This document shows, in pieces, positions 38,890 through 48,941 of a stretch of 64,000 bases of DNA. Below the pieces are notes generated by a model, which was not told the origin of the DNA, searched no databases, and worked only from the letters and a program-made list of their open reading frames with translations. How positions within the stretch are numbered: position 1 is the first letter of the stretch; every line of letters begins with the position of its first letter. Made by a program: the position numbers and the translations under genes. The stretch is from a bacterium (GTDB taxonomy: Bacteria; Patescibacteriota; Minisyncoccia; Phycocordibacterales; UBA9973): NCBI GenBank assembly GCA_037130655.1, contig JBAXSP010000003.1, forward strand, positions 4,684 through 68,683, read 5' to 3'.

Positions 38890-38917
38890 GCAGTAAATAA
38901 TTGCTATACTGATAAGT

Positions 38918-40033
38918 ATGAAATCAATCAAAGAATGTAAAGACTTGAAAGGAAAGACCGTATTTGTACGAGTAGATTATAATGTCCCGCTGAAAGATGG
39001 AAAAGTGCTGGATGGTTTTCGTATTGACGCATCACTTGCAACAATCAATTTTTTGGTCAAGAAAAAAGCCAAAGTTGTCTTGCTTACGCATATTGGTGAG
39101 GACGGATCAGGAACCTTGATGCCAGTTGCAAAATATTTGAAACGAAAAATTGCGGTGACATTTTGTCCGGCAAAAGAATTGCATGATATAGAACAAGCAG
39201 TTACTAAACTTGCGGCCGGAGAAGTATTACTCCTTGAAAACATCCGACAGTTTGATGGTGAAAAAACAAATGACAAAGCACTCGCAAAAGCTTTTGCTTC
39301 TATGGGGGATATCTTTGTGAATGATGCATTTTCTGTCTCACATCGAAAACACATGAGTGTTGTAGGACTCGCAATGAAATTGCCGTCATATGCAGGTTTT
39401 GCATTGGAACAAGAAGTGAAAACACTTTCACAGGCACTCAAACCAAAACATCCATTCGTGTTTATTTTGGGTGGAGCGAAATTTGATACGAAGTTACCAC
39501 TTTTGAAAAAATACAGTACTAGTAGCGATGTGTTGTTTGTTGGTGGAGCATTGGCAAACAATGTGCTCAAAGAAAAAGGCTATGAAGTAGGCAAGTCTGT
39601 GGTTGATGATACAACCGTCAAAACAAAGTCATTATGGAATAAAAAGAATTTCCTCACACCAATTGACGTCGTAGTGCTACGTGGTAATGAAGCTAAAAAT
39701 GTCGATGTGTCAGAAGTTTTGGAAGGGGATACGATCGTAGACATTGGAAAAGAAACAATCAAACTACTGACACCGGTATTTGCCAAAGCAAAATTGGTTG
39801 TCTGGAATGGTCCGCTTGGTTGGTATGAAAAAGGCTTCGTAAAAGCCACAAAAGATCTGCTCGGAGTAATTAATAAATCAAAAGCACAAGTAATTATCGG
39901 AGGAGGAGATACTGCCTTTTTAGCTCACAAAATGAAGCTTACAAATAAGGTCTTTATTTCAACTGGTGGAGGTGCGACGCTCGATTTCTTGGCAAATGGC
40001 ACATTACCTGGTATTTCGGTTTTGTCGAAATAA
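38918..40033 (+). CDS. pgk: Phosphoglycerate kinase
   Basis: RVDYNVP, LLENIR, VNDAF..SHR, ILGGAK, WNGPLG, GGGDT, ISTGGGA motifs. Confidence 0.97.
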   Translation: MKSIKECKDLKGKTVFVRVDYNVPLKDGKVLDGFRIDASLATINFLVKKKAKVVLLTHIGEDGSGTLMPVAKYLKRKIAVTFCPAKELHDIEQAVTKLAAGEVLLLENIRQFDGEKTNDKALAKAFASMGDIFVNDAFSVSHRKHMSVVGLAMKLPSYAGFALEQEVKTLSQALKPKHPFVFILGGAKFDTKLPLLKKYSTSSDVLFVGGALANNVLKEKGYEVGKSVVDDTTVKTKSLWNKKNFLTPIDVVVLRGNEAKNVDVSEVLEGDTIVDIGKETIKLLTPVFAKAKLVVWNGPLGWYEKGFVKATKDLLGVINKSKAQVIIGGGDTAFLAHKMKLTNKVFISTGGGATLDFLANGTLPGISVLSK

Positions 40034-40075
40034 TTCGTGGTATACTTTTCTTCAATTAATAAATAATCAATATAT

Positions 40076-40459
40076 ATGGTATTTCTTTCACTGCTCGGTA
40101 TTATTTTGGTTGCAACTATTGTCAGTCAATTAGTTGGTATGATTTGGTACCACACAAAAGTTTTTGGCAAAATTTGGCAAGAACAGACAAACATCGCTTT
40201 CGATAAAAAGACTCAATTGAAATCAATGGGGTATGGTTTTCTTTCAGAATATCTTTTGACTGCAGGATTGTTGCTTGTCGTTGCTTTTACTGGAATGAAT
40301 CCACTGATCGTCGCACTTTGTTTGTGGGTGACAATCATTTTGCCTGTATCTCTCGATGGATTGATTTATGAAAAGAAAAATAAAAAATTGTTTTTCATTG
40401 GTGTCTTTCATCGATTGGTTGCACTCGTTCTATCGTCTGTTGTGTTTATGTTTCTGTAA
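40076..40459 (+). CDS. Small integral membrane protein (DUF1761-like)
   Basis: Four hydrophobic helices; GMIWY...FG..W motif. Confidence 0.7.
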   Translation: MVFLSLLGIILVATIVSQLVGMIWYHTKVFGKIWQEQTNIAFDKKTQLKSMGYGFLSEYLLTAGLLLVVAFTGMNPLIVALCLWVTIILPVSLDGLIYEKKNKKLFFIGVFHRLVALVLSSVVFMFL

Positions 40460-40492
40460 TTAGTTGTAAGTTTATAGTTTTTAGAACATAGT

Positions 40493-40529
40493 AATAAAAA
40501 GACGGAGCTGTAAGCTCCGTCTTTTTATT
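40493..40529. terminator. Bidirectional terminator
   Basis: aataaaaagacggagct-gta-agctccgtctttttatt, 17-bp stem. Confidence 0.8.
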
Positions 40530-40557
40530 GGTCATTGGTCAATAGTAATTAGTCATT
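40527..40557 (-). repeat. Solo 4x heptamer array
   Basis: Reverse complement aatgact-aattact-attgacc-aatgacc-aat, between the 40562..40768 stop and the terminator. Confidence 0.8.
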
Positions 40558-40561
40558 AATA

Positions 40562-40768
40562 TTACAGTCCAAATAGTTCACCAAGTAATTCGTTCCATCG
40601 TTTAGTACACCAAGTAACAATCACAAAACTTGGAATAAAAAGCACTGAAAGGAATATAAAAATAAGTAATTTCCAGAATGTGCTGAAAAGTTTTTTCACG
40701 ATATAACCAAGTTCAGTTCCGATACTCCCGAAAACGTCTTGGACACTTGCTGTTATTTCATCAAACAT
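40562..40768 (-). CDS. Small hypothetical membrane protein
   Basis: 68 aa, one TM segment, fills the gap and is followed by a terminator. Confidence 0.6.
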   Translation of the reverse strand: MFDEITASVQDVFGSIGTELGYIVKKLFSTFWKLLIFIFLSVLFIPSFVIVTWCTKRWNELLGELFGL

Positions 40769-40836
40769 TCCATATATATACCCGATATTTGACCAAAAAG
40801 CTACTGAAGTTCATTTTTGGGTGTATACTATGAAGT

Positions 40837-41334
40837 ATGAATATACATCCAATTTTCGTCCATTTTCCAATCGCCTTATTAACTTTTTATGCACTCTTTG
40901 AGGTTTTTGCATGGAAAAAAGTAAAAGCAACCACTTGGTTTATTTATGTCAAAGCAACGCTATTGTTTATTGGTGTACTTTCTGGTTTTGCTGCACTTAA
41001 TACTGGTGGTTCTGCCGAAGATCTTATTGGGAGAAGTAATCTGATTGAAACACATGCAACATTTGCCACTGCAAGTATGTGGTTGTTTGTAATCCTTTCA
41101 CTTGTATATATTATTGGTTTTATTTTGGAAAGTGCATATATTATTAATTTTCCAAAATTACAAAATTTACTAAATGGAATTCAAAACTATATCAACAAAT
41201 TTTATTTTTTAATTCCCGCAATCGCATTTATCGGTCTTATTTTTATAACTATTACCGGCGCACTCGGTGGGGCAATTGTGTACGGTCCTGACATTGATCC
41301 TATCGTGTCTTTTGTCTACCATTTGTTTTTCTAA
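40837..41334 (+). CDS. DUF2231-like membrane protein
   Basis: HPIFVHFPIALL N-terminal motif, TG...E, conserved H, TGALGG..VYG. Confidence 0.8.
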   Translation: MNIHPIFVHFPIALLTFYALFEVFAWKKVKATTWFIYVKATLLFIGVLSGFAALNTGGSAEDLIGRSNLIETHATFATASMWLFVILSLVYIIGFILESAYIINFPKLQNLLNGIQNYINKFYFLIPAIAFIGLIFITITGALGGAIVYGPDIDPIVSFVYHLFF

Positions 41335-41391
41335 GTTGTAAAAAATAGCTCAAAGAGGTATAGTTTCTTTTGGATAATAAAAGTACAAAAG

Positions 41392-42069
41392 ATGCAAAAC
41401 CAAAACCATATAGGCATGGGTATGGATGATAATCCTAATCATGTTCATGAAATAGAATCAAAATTTACTGTGACTGATGAGGTCATTGCAATGATTGAAG
41501 ATGTTTATCTTACAGATAAAACAAAGAAATTTGTTGATGTTTATTTTGATTATGATGACAACTCACTTACACAGGCAAATATTTGGCTTCGAATGCGAGA
41601 CAAAGAATTTGAATTAAAATTACCAAATGGTGATATTTCACTAGAAAACAAATCGTTTTCTAGTTATACAGAAATTCTTTCTGTGAATGAAATCGCTACG
41701 TATCTTGATTTGAAACAGCCTTGTTCCGATACTATTACACTACTGCAAGCAATCAAAACAAAAGGAATGAACCCATTTGTTTCGTTGCTGACAAATCGTA
41801 AATCATATATCTTGTATGACTACGGATTAAAGGTTGATATTGATAGGGTACACACCGAAGGTGAAGACGAGATGTTTTTTGATTGTATTATTGGTGAGGT
41901 GGAATTTATTGAAAAAGAAGGAAGTTCTCCACGTGAAGCAATTGAACTTATTTCAAAATTTAAACAGGATTTCAATTTGGATAATGCTCCATATGGAAAA
42001 GTTGCCTTGTATTTACAAGCTAGAAAGCCAGAAGTTTTTAACTTACTGCAATCCAAAGGATTGTGGTAA
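41392..42069 (+). CDS. CYTH domain protein (triphosphate tunnel metalloenzyme)
   Basis: EIESKF, DVYFD, WLRMR..ELK, R.SY, VDID.V, GEVE, GKV motifs. Confidence 0.8.
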   Translation: MQNQNHIGMGMDDNPNHVHEIESKFTVTDEVIAMIEDVYLTDKTKKFVDVYFDYDDNSLTQANIWLRMRDKEFELKLPNGDISLENKSFSSYTEILSVNEIATYLDLKQPCSDTITLLQAIKTKGMNPFVSLLTNRKSYILYDYGLKVDIDRVHTEGEDEMFFDCIIGEVEFIEKEGSSPREAIELISKFKQDFNLDNAPYGKVALYLQARKPEVFNLLQSKGLW

Positions 42070-42162
42070 AAAGTTCCCCCGTTAAACGGGGGATTTTTTT
42101 TGTTATACTATAGATACAGCTCAGTGAAATTTTACTAATATTAAAAGTAATTAAAAATAAAC

Positions 42163-42753
42163 ATGTCTAAAAAATATATTGCAGAATTTATTGGAACACT
42201 CGGTCTTACACTGATCGTATCACTTGCGATTGGTGGGGGAATATATTCATTACCTGTACCACTTGCAGCAGCATTGTTCGTCATGATGATGGTGTATGTT
42301 ATCGGAGGAATATCTGGTGCGCATTTGAATCCTGCGGTGAGTATTGCGCTTTATGCGAATGGAAAAATCTCTAAGCAAGAGGTTTGGAAATATGTTGGTG
42401 TGCAATTATTCGCAGGTATTGTTGCATTGTTTGTAAGTAAGTTTATTCATCCATTTGGTGCCCCATCAAACACTGTCGTTGTATGGCAAGCTATTGTGGG
42501 TGAATTTGTCGGAGCATTCTTTTTCTTGTTTGGGTTGTCTGCAGTTGCTTATGGAAAAGTTACCAATGGTGCATCAGGGTTTGTTGTCGGTGGATCATTG
42601 CTTTGTGGTCTAATTATCGCAGGACTTGTTGGTTCTCTCGGAATTTTGAACCCAGCAGTTGTGCTTGCACTTGGAATCTTCAAGCTTTCATATTTACTTG
42701 CTTCAGTAGTTGGAGGAATTTGTGGAGTGTGGGTATACAAAAAAATAATGTAA
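42163..42753 (+). CDS. MIP family channel (aquaporin)
   Basis: AEFIGT, ISGAHLNPAVS and a second LNPAV motif; multiple TM segments. Confidence 0.92.
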   Translation: MSKKYIAEFIGTLGLTLIVSLAIGGGIYSLPVPLAAALFVMMMVYVIGGISGAHLNPAVSIALYANGKISKQEVWKYVGVQLFAGIVALFVSKFIHPFGAPSNTVVVWQAIVGEFVGAFFFLFGLSAVAYGKVTNGASGFVVGGSLLCGLIIAGLVGSLGILNPAVVLALGIFKLSYLLASVVGGICGVWVYKKIM

Positions 42754-42755
42754 TA

Positions 42756-42782
42756 AAAAAGCATTCCTTACGGAATGCTTTT
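42756..42782. terminator. Bidirectional terminator
   Basis: aaaaagcattcc-ttac-ggaatgcttttt. Confidence 0.75.
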
Positions 42783-42796
42783 AAAATGATAGTTAC

Positions 42797-43177
42797 TCAA
42801 TTCTGTACAATAATTTTTGCTGTAAAAACCCCAAACTCTTTTGAGAAAACGGGTTTCGAAATTATTTTTACTTTAATTCCTGGTTCTAATAAATCAGCAT
42901 CCAAATAGCTCATTGCAGGTGAATTATATAAATTCATCTCTTTACCTACAATCAAAACATTGTTTTCATATATATCTGAAGGGAATAATGTATCTTTTGT
43001 ATTGTGTAAATAAGGGTGCTGGATTACGTTACTTGTTGCAGAGTCTGCAAAACCAATAACAATGTATCCTTGAAGCGGTTTTGTTTCTTTCGTTGTATTT
43101 GTTTGACCGAAAGAAGTTGTGCTTGTAGCTACTGATAGAACTATCGTTAGAATGATGAGGAACAATTTAAATTTCAT
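42797..43177 (-). CDS. Hypothetical secreted protein
   Basis: 126 aa with a signal peptide; no recognised domain. Confidence 0.6.
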   Translation of the reverse strand: MKFKLFLIILTIVLSVATSTTSFGQTNTTKETKPLQGYIVIGFADSATSNVIQHPYLHNTKDTLFPSDIYENNVLIVGKEMNLYNSPAMSYLDADLLEPGIKVKIISKPVFSKEFGVFTAKIIVQN

Positions 43178-43252
43178 GTGTGTGTTAATTTATCCGATTG
43201 GATAATAACAAAATAAAAACACTTTGTCAAATATGTCAACAATGTTAAAAAA

Positions 43253-43642
43253 TTATTTTAATTTTTGCGCATACATTTCCATTTCTTCTTTCGATTCATA
43301 GGGATCATGTGGACGGTTTGTTTGAGTTACTCCTTCGTCTAATTTACGTGGAATAAGATGAATATGAAAATGAGGGACTTCGTTTCCAACAATTCCAATC
43401 TGAACAAAATCACAAGGAAGTTGTTTCTTCATATGTTCCATCATTTTTTTTGTTTTTATAAACATACGAGCAATTAATTCTTCTGGAACATCAGTCATCC
43501 ATTTGTAAGGCTCTTTTGTTATTAAAAGAGTGTGTCCTTTTGATACAGGGTTTATGTCCAAAAAAGCGATAGATTCTTCATCTTCATAAACAATAGAAGC
43601 TGGAATTTCTCGCTTGATAATTTTAGTAAATATTGTTTCCAT
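43253..43642 (-). CDS. HIT family nucleotide hydrolase
   Basis: TIF.KII.REIP, AFLDINP..KGHTL, VPHFHIHLIPR histidine triad. Confidence 0.95.
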   Translation of the reverse strand: METIFTKIIKREIPASIVYEDEESIAFLDINPVSKGHTLLITKEPYKWMTDVPEELIARMFIKTKKMMEHMKKQLPCDFVQIGIVGNEVPHFHIHLIPRKLDEGVTQTNRPHDPYESKEEMEMYAQKLK

Positions 43643-43734
43643 AAGGCTATTTTAACACAAGAAATAAGCATTTTTGAATATGTTATACTTTTTATACTTT
43701 TAACTTTACGAACCTTATAACTTTCAACTATCTT

Positions 43735-45420
43735 ATGATTTCCGATACCGTTGCAACACTTCTCAAAAAACGACATATTCCGGAATCACAATGGGAGGAA
43801 TTTCTCCGTCCGGATTACAACAAGCTCGGTGATCCACTGCTCATGAAAGATTTGGAAAAAGGCGTTGTACGTCTATTTGAGGCAATTGAAGCCAAAGAAA
43901 AAATTTGTATTTATGCTGACTACGATTGTGACGGTATTCCCGGTGCATCTGCAATGGCGACTTTTTTGAAAAAGGTTTCGCCTGAGTATTTTGAAAAATA
44001 TGTACTCGTCTACATTCCAGACCGTCACGAAGAAGGCTACGGTTTGCATCACGATGCACTGGTTTCGATTATCGACAGTGGGGTGACATTACTCATCACG
44101 ATTGATTTGGGAATTACTGCAATCGAAGAAGTGATATACGCAGAAGGTCGTGGATGTAATGTCATTGTGACCGATCACCACTTACCGAAAGTGCATGATG
44201 ACGGAAGTGATCAGTTGCCACATTGTTTTGCGGTGATTAATCCAAAACGTTCCGACTGTCAGTATCCCGAAAAAATGCTTTGTGGAAGCGGGGTGATTTT
44301 TACTTTTATTAGAGGATTCTTGGATAAATATCGCGAATATTTCAATGTGCATGTTGGCTGGGAAAAATGGTTACTTGATTTTGTTGGTGTTGCAACGCTG
44401 TCTGATATGGTTCCACTCGTTGGTGAAAATAGAATCTTGGCATATTTTGGTATGGAAGTATTGAAACAAAACAAACGTCTCGGATTCAAGGCGTTGTTCA
44501 AAAGTGCTCGGATGGACGTGCGATATATGACTGAAGAAGATGTGGCTTTTACCATTGCACCACGAATCAATGCTGCATCTCGAATGGATAAACCAATCTG
44601 CGCGTATCATTTACTTGTGGCTGATACTGATATAGAAGCTGATATTCACGCCAGTCATTTATCAAAAATTAATGACACCCGCAAATCTGAAGTCGCACGC
44701 ATCATGAAAGAAGTACACAAAGAACTTGATCCGGCGCACGAACAAGGACTCACTCCTTCTGTCGTAGTTATTGGAAATCCATTGTGGCGTGTCGGTGTGC
44801 TTGGCTTGGTGGCATCAAAGATTGTTGAAAAATACGGACGTTCAGCGTTTGTCTGGGGAAGAGAAGGTGGTGAGTCAATCAAGGGGTCTTGCCGAAGTGA
44901 TGGCACCGTGCACGTTGTAGAACTCATGAGAGCGCTTCCAGAAGGAATATTGCTTGCTCATGGCGGTCACGTTGGAGCTGGCGGATTTACGGTCAGTAAC
45001 GAAGGAGTTTTTTCTTTGAGAGAATCACTCATCACCTCATTTGAAACAAGTACACCAATCAGCAAAGAAACAATAACCAATTTTGATCTAGAATTGCCGT
45101 TGTCGAAAATCGACAAAAATCTATACAAAGATATTCGAACACTTGCACCGTTTGGTGAAGCGAATAAAAATCCAATCTTTAGGATTACTGATGCGAGAAT
45201 AAAAGCAGTGAAAAACTTTGGTAAAGAAACAAATCATTTGGAAGTTATATTTGAAGACAGTGCTGGACGGGAAGTGAAGTCAATTCAGTTTTTCAAAACG
45301 ATTGCTGACTATGCAGAAAAGATTACTGTCGGAAACACGCCAACAATATTAGGAACAGTAGAGTTAGATACTTTTGCAAGATTCCAACCGGCTAGGCTTC
45401 GTATAATCGATATATTATAA
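43735..45420 (+). CDS. recJ: Single-stranded-DNA exonuclease RecJ
   Basis: DYDCDG, YIPDR..EGYG, TDHH, PRINAASRM, KGSCRS, GGH..AGG, LAPFGEAN. Confidence 0.95.
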   Translation: MISDTVATLLKKRHIPESQWEEFLRPDYNKLGDPLLMKDLEKGVVRLFEAIEAKEKICIYADYDCDGIPGASAMATFLKKVSPEYFEKYVLVYIPDRHEEGYGLHHDALVSIIDSGVTLLITIDLGITAIEEVIYAEGRGCNVIVTDHHLPKVHDDGSDQLPHCFAVINPKRSDCQYPEKMLCGSGVIFTFIRGFLDKYREYFNVHVGWEKWLLDFVGVATLSDMVPLVGENRILAYFGMEVLKQNKRLGFKALFKSARMDVRYMTEEDVAFTIAPRINAASRMDKPICAYHLLVADTDIEADIHASHLSKINDTRKSEVARIMKEVHKELDPAHEQGLTPSVVVIGNPLWRVGVLGLVASKIVEKYGRSAFVWGREGGESIKGSCRSDGTVHVVELMRALPEGILLAHGGHVGAGGFTVSNEGVFSLRESLITSFETSTPISKETITNFDLELPLSKIDKNLYKDIRTLAPFGEANKNPIFRITDARIKAVKNFGKETNHLEVIFEDSAGREVKSIQFFKTIADYAEKITVGNTPTILGTVELDTFARFQPARLRIIDIL

Positions 45421-45427
45421 TTACTCT

Positions 45428-45973
45428 ATGAAAAATACGAACAAAATTATTGTTTACACCGACGGTTCATCAAAAGGCAACCCAGGTCCAGGAGGATACG
45501 GAGCAGTCATTGCTTTTCCTGCAGGAGCAACTGGACCACTTGCATCAGTCGTTGAGCTCGGTGGACATCAAAGTCAAACAACAAACAACCGAATGGAAAT
45601 CACTGGCCCGCTTCGTGCACTCGAATTCATTCGTTCTGGAGTTGCAAATCTTGGTGAATATACCGTTGAAATCAATTTGGATTCACAATATACGCTTTCA
45701 GGTATTACCGAATGGATCCACAACTGGAAGAAGAATGGCTGGAAAACCGCCAACAAAAAACCAGTGCTCAATCAAGATCTTTGGGAAGAATTGCATGATA
45801 TTGTCGATGGATGGAACGGGAAGCTTTCTTGGAAAAAGGTCAAAGGTCATGCGGGAGTTTCTTTGAATGAACGTGTTGATATTATTGCAACCACTTGTGC
45901 AGATACTGGAAGTTGTGAATTATATTCTGGTCCAATGAGTGAGTATACAGAAAAAATTGATTTAGAAGAGTAG
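45428..45973 (+). CDS. rnhA: Ribonuclease HI
   Basis: YTDGS..GNPGPGG, TTNNRME, DSQY, WKKNGWK...KPV.N.DLW, VKGHAG...NERVD. Confidence 0.96.
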   Translation: MKNTNKIIVYTDGSSKGNPGPGGYGAVIAFPAGATGPLASVVELGGHQSQTTNNRMEITGPLRALEFIRSGVANLGEYTVEINLDSQYTLSGITEWIHNWKKNGWKTANKKPVLNQDLWEELHDIVDGWNGKLSWKKVKGHAGVSLNERVDIIATTCADTGSCELYSGPMSEYTEKIDLEE

Positions 45974-45975
45974 AA

Positions 45976-46016
45976 AAAACGGGCGCAATTTCCTTTGGAA
46001 ATTGCGCCCGTTTTTG
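45976..46016 (+). terminator. Intrinsic terminator
   Basis: aaaacgggcgcaatttcc-ttt-ggaaattgcgcccgtttt. Confidence 0.8.
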
Positions 46017-46022
46017 TATAGC

Positions 46023-47330
46023 ATGTCGTCAAAATATAAAAACATTTTTATATTTGTATTGTTTGTTGCGATTATCGGTGTTCGGTATTTTTTCTTTCTT
46101 CCAACACCAAGTGAACATTTTTATGAGGTGATAAACAAGAAGGTAAGTCTCGATGCGAAGATTGTTAGTCAGGTAACAATGACGGCGTATGGACAGAATT
46201 TTTCGGTACAACTTCCAGATAAAAAATGGAAACTCCTAATTCGTACAAATGGAACTGATGATTTTTCATATGGCGATAAGATACATATCAATGGAGTGCT
46301 CAAAGAACCAGAACCATTTGAAACAGATCAAGGAACGACTTTTGATTACAAGACGTATCTAAAAACTGATAACACCTATTTTATTATTTCAAATGCAAAA
46401 GTTTCCGTCTTAGAAAAAGGAAAAAATGGAATCGTATTTTATTTATATCGCATTACTTCGAGTTTTGAAGAGAGTATCAATGAATTACTTCCACCAGACG
46501 AAGCAGGACTCGCAAATGGAATGCTTCTTGGTGATAAATCGGGCATCAGTCCGGAGCTTCGAAATAATTTCATCACAACCGGAACGATTCATATTGTTGC
46601 ACTGTCAGGATTCAATGTGTCAATCGTTTCAAAATACATCACGTCATTTTTCGCACTGTTGCTTCCGTTTCGTTTTGCACTCTACATCGGATTGTGTGCA
46701 ATCGGATTATTTGTAGTAATGACTGGTGCGTCTGCGACTGCAGTACGTGCTGGAGTGATGGGGGAATTGTCGGTCTTTGCATTACTTGCCGGAAGACAAT
46801 ATCAAGTTTTTCGCGGGTTGGTGATCGCGGTGCTTGTAATGTTACTCATCAATCCACTCTTAATTCATTCGGTGTCATTCCAACTTTCTGTCATTGCAAC
46901 ACTAGGCATGATTTTTATTGTGCCGATATTGGAGAGGAAATTGTGGTGGGTGACCAAGCGATTTCTACTTCGAGATACTATTGCCACGACACTGTCAGCT
47001 CAAATTGCCGTTGTCCCATTGATTCTCTATCAGATGCATCAATTTTCTGTCGTCTCATTTTTTGCAAATATTATTATCATTCCACTGGTGCCATTCGCTA
47101 TGCTTTCGGCATTTATCGCAGGAGGTCTTGGGTTATTTTTGCCGAAAGTATTGGTTGTGCCATTTTCATACATTGCATATATCTTGCATCACATCATAAT
47201 CAAAATCATCACACTCTTTGCTCAAATCCCTTTTGCTTCAGTTATTATCAATCAGGTTCCGTTATGGGTAATAGTATTGTTGTACGGAATAATTATTTGG
47301 TGGATTGTTCATAAAAATAAAAAACTCTAG
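46023..47330 (+). CDS. comEC: ComEC/Rec2 DNA-uptake channel (OB-like + membrane competence domain, no MBL domain)
   Basis: FDY..YL, GMLLGD, TGTIHIVALSGFNV, VRAGVM, SFQLS..AT.G; many TM segments; ATG at 46023. Confidence 0.92.
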   Translation: MSSKYKNIFIFVLFVAIIGVRYFFFLPTPSEHFYEVINKKVSLDAKIVSQVTMTAYGQNFSVQLPDKKWKLLIRTNGTDDFSYGDKIHINGVLKEPEPFETDQGTTFDYKTYLKTDNTYFIISNAKVSVLEKGKNGIVFYLYRITSSFEESINELLPPDEAGLANGMLLGDKSGISPELRNNFITTGTIHIVALSGFNVSIVSKYITSFFALLLPFRFALYIGLCAIGLFVVMTGASATAVRAGVMGELSVFALLAGRQYQVFRGLVIAVLVMLLINPLLIHSVSFQLSVIATLGMIFIVPILERKLWWVTKRFLLRDTIATTLSAQIAVVPLILYQMHQFSVVSFFANIIIIPLVPFAMLSAFIAGGLGLFLPKVLVVPFSYIAYILHHIIIKIITLFAQIPFASVIINQVPLWVIVLLYGIIIWWIVHKNKKL

Positions 47331-47356
47331 CGTTTGCTTAGAGTTTTTTATTTTTA
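47317..47356. terminator. Bidirectional terminator
   Basis: ataaaaaactcta ... tagagttttttat between convergent comEC and the SOD gene. Confidence 0.7.
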
Positions 47357-47360
47357 TGAA

Positions 47361-47966
47361 TTACTGCACTTTCTTAAAATTTTCTTCAATCACTGACCAG
47401 TTTAAGTTTTCAAAAAAAGCATCAATGTATTTTTTCTTTTCGCTTGTCGGATAATCATAGACATATGCATGTTCCCACATATCAATCGCAAGAATCATTT
47501 CACATCCGTTCAATTGACCTAGGTGTTGTTCGTCCACCCAAGACGCAAGTAATCTATCGTCCTTTTTATCGTACCACAGCACTGCCCAACCAACACCGCG
47601 AGTCAGTGCGATATTTTTGAATCCCATCAAAAAGATTTCGACAGACATACATTCTTTTACTATCTTTTTCGCTAGGTCACTTTCTGGATCAAGTGCTTTT
47701 GGTCCGCCTGAGAGGGAATTGAAATAGACTTCATGGTTTCGCATACCATTGTATTCAAAAGAGAAACGACGGAATAGTTCGCCAATCAAGTAGCTATTGT
47801 CCTCACCATCACGAAACATTCCTTGTGAAAGGGTGCTTATTTTTTCGACAGTTGCATTGGCATTGGTTACATAACCTTTGTAGAGTTTCAAATGCTCTTC
47901 AATATTTTTTGCTGAAATACCTTTGAGTTCTGGTAAATTGAATTCTTGTGGTGTGAAGTTTTGCAT
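47361..47966 (-). CDS. Fe/Mn superoxide dismutase
   Basis: EEHLKLYKGYV, NHEVYF, GVGWA, DMWEHAY metal-ligand motifs; metal specificity not assignable by eye. Confidence 0.92.
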   Translation of the reverse strand: MQNFTPQEFNLPELKGISAKNIEEHLKLYKGYVTNANATVEKISTLSQGMFRDGEDNSYLIGELFRRFSFEYNGMRNHEVYFNSLSGGPKALDPESDLAKKIVKECMSVEIFLMGFKNIALTRGVGWAVLWYDKKDDRLLASWVDEQHLGQLNGCEMILAIDMWEHAYVYDYPTSEKKKYIDAFFENLNWSVIEENFKKVQ

Positions 47967-48030
47967 GTCGTCTATTATAGCACTTCCTAAAAAAAGTCAG
48001 AAAAAAGCCCCGGGTATACAGGGCTTTTAA

Positions 48031-48867
48031 TTAAAGATGGTTTTCAAATTTTGGAATTTTACCCGCAATTGCTATTTCACAAGGAATGTCACTGATCATT
48101 TTTCCAAAAATAAAAAATTTGTTTCTCTCAAACTGAATATTTATATCTTGTATTCTAGAATAGATTACTCCAATGGAGCAATAGTTTCCTAAACTTTGTC
48201 TCCAAAGTACTCGAGGTCGTAATTTCGTACTATGAACAATAGATAGTTTACCGGAGCCTTCAGTTACCCAAAAGATACATCTTTTGTAAAAATAAGTCCT
48301 AATAATTTGAATTCCTTTTAGTTCCAGGTGTCCTAATAATACATATCCTTTTGATGTAATCTTGAAAATAAATCCATTTGAACCAGCAGTAATAATATAC
48401 TGTTTGTTTTCGGATTGGTAGCTAATCGAAACAGGTGTTGAATCAAACAATAATCCAATTGGAGTTTTTTTGTGTTCATCTATCAATCCTGACCTAGATT
48501 TTTTTAGAGCCCCTTTTTCGTATTTTTGAAAAAGAATATCAAGTAGGTGGTAATCATCATCATAATCTTTCTTTTTTCCATAAACAATCGATATGAGTGT
48601 ATTTGTTTTTGGTTCAAATTGGACCAAGGCTTTTTCGTTATTTATTGTAGATAAAGCAACGTTGCAAGACTCTATTCTAAAGTCAAAAAACAAATAAACA
48701 TGTTCTTTTGAATGAGGATGCCTCAAATGTACTACTGTATAATTATCATACAATCCTATTTCATTAGGACTACTATTGCCGTCTCTATATGTTTCAATGA
48801 CAAGATGTGAATATCCTAATTCATTAATTTTTTGGTGCACGAATGCGACTTTTTTATGTAATTCCAT
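48031..48867 (-). CDS. Hypothetical protein (AT-rich orphan)
   Basis: 278-aa ORF filling the gap, followed by a hairpin at 48003-48028. Confidence 0.6.
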   Translation of the reverse strand: MELHKKVAFVHQKINELGYSHLVIETYRDGNSSPNEIGLYDNYTVVHLRHPHSKEHVYLFFDFRIESCNVALSTINNEKALVQFEPKTNTLISIVYGKKKDYDDDYHLLDILFQKYEKGALKKSRSGLIDEHKKTPIGLLFDSTPVSISYQSENKQYIITAGSNGFIFKITSKGYVLLGHLELKGIQIIRTYFYKRCIFWVTEGSGKLSIVHSTKLRPRVLWRQSLGNYCSIGVIYSRIQDINIQFERNKFFIFGKMISDIPCEIAIAGKIPKFENHL

Positions 48868-48941
48868 GTATATAGTTTTTAAAATCCTCTCAGACTGTAC
48901 AGATTTTTAGTAAGAAAGTCAAATGTTGGTATACTATATAC

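Noticed and set aside
46694-47314. 206-aa Cys-rich alternative-frame ORF
   Set aside because: Out-of-frame overlap inside comEC, with the composition expected from shifted hydrophobic codons.
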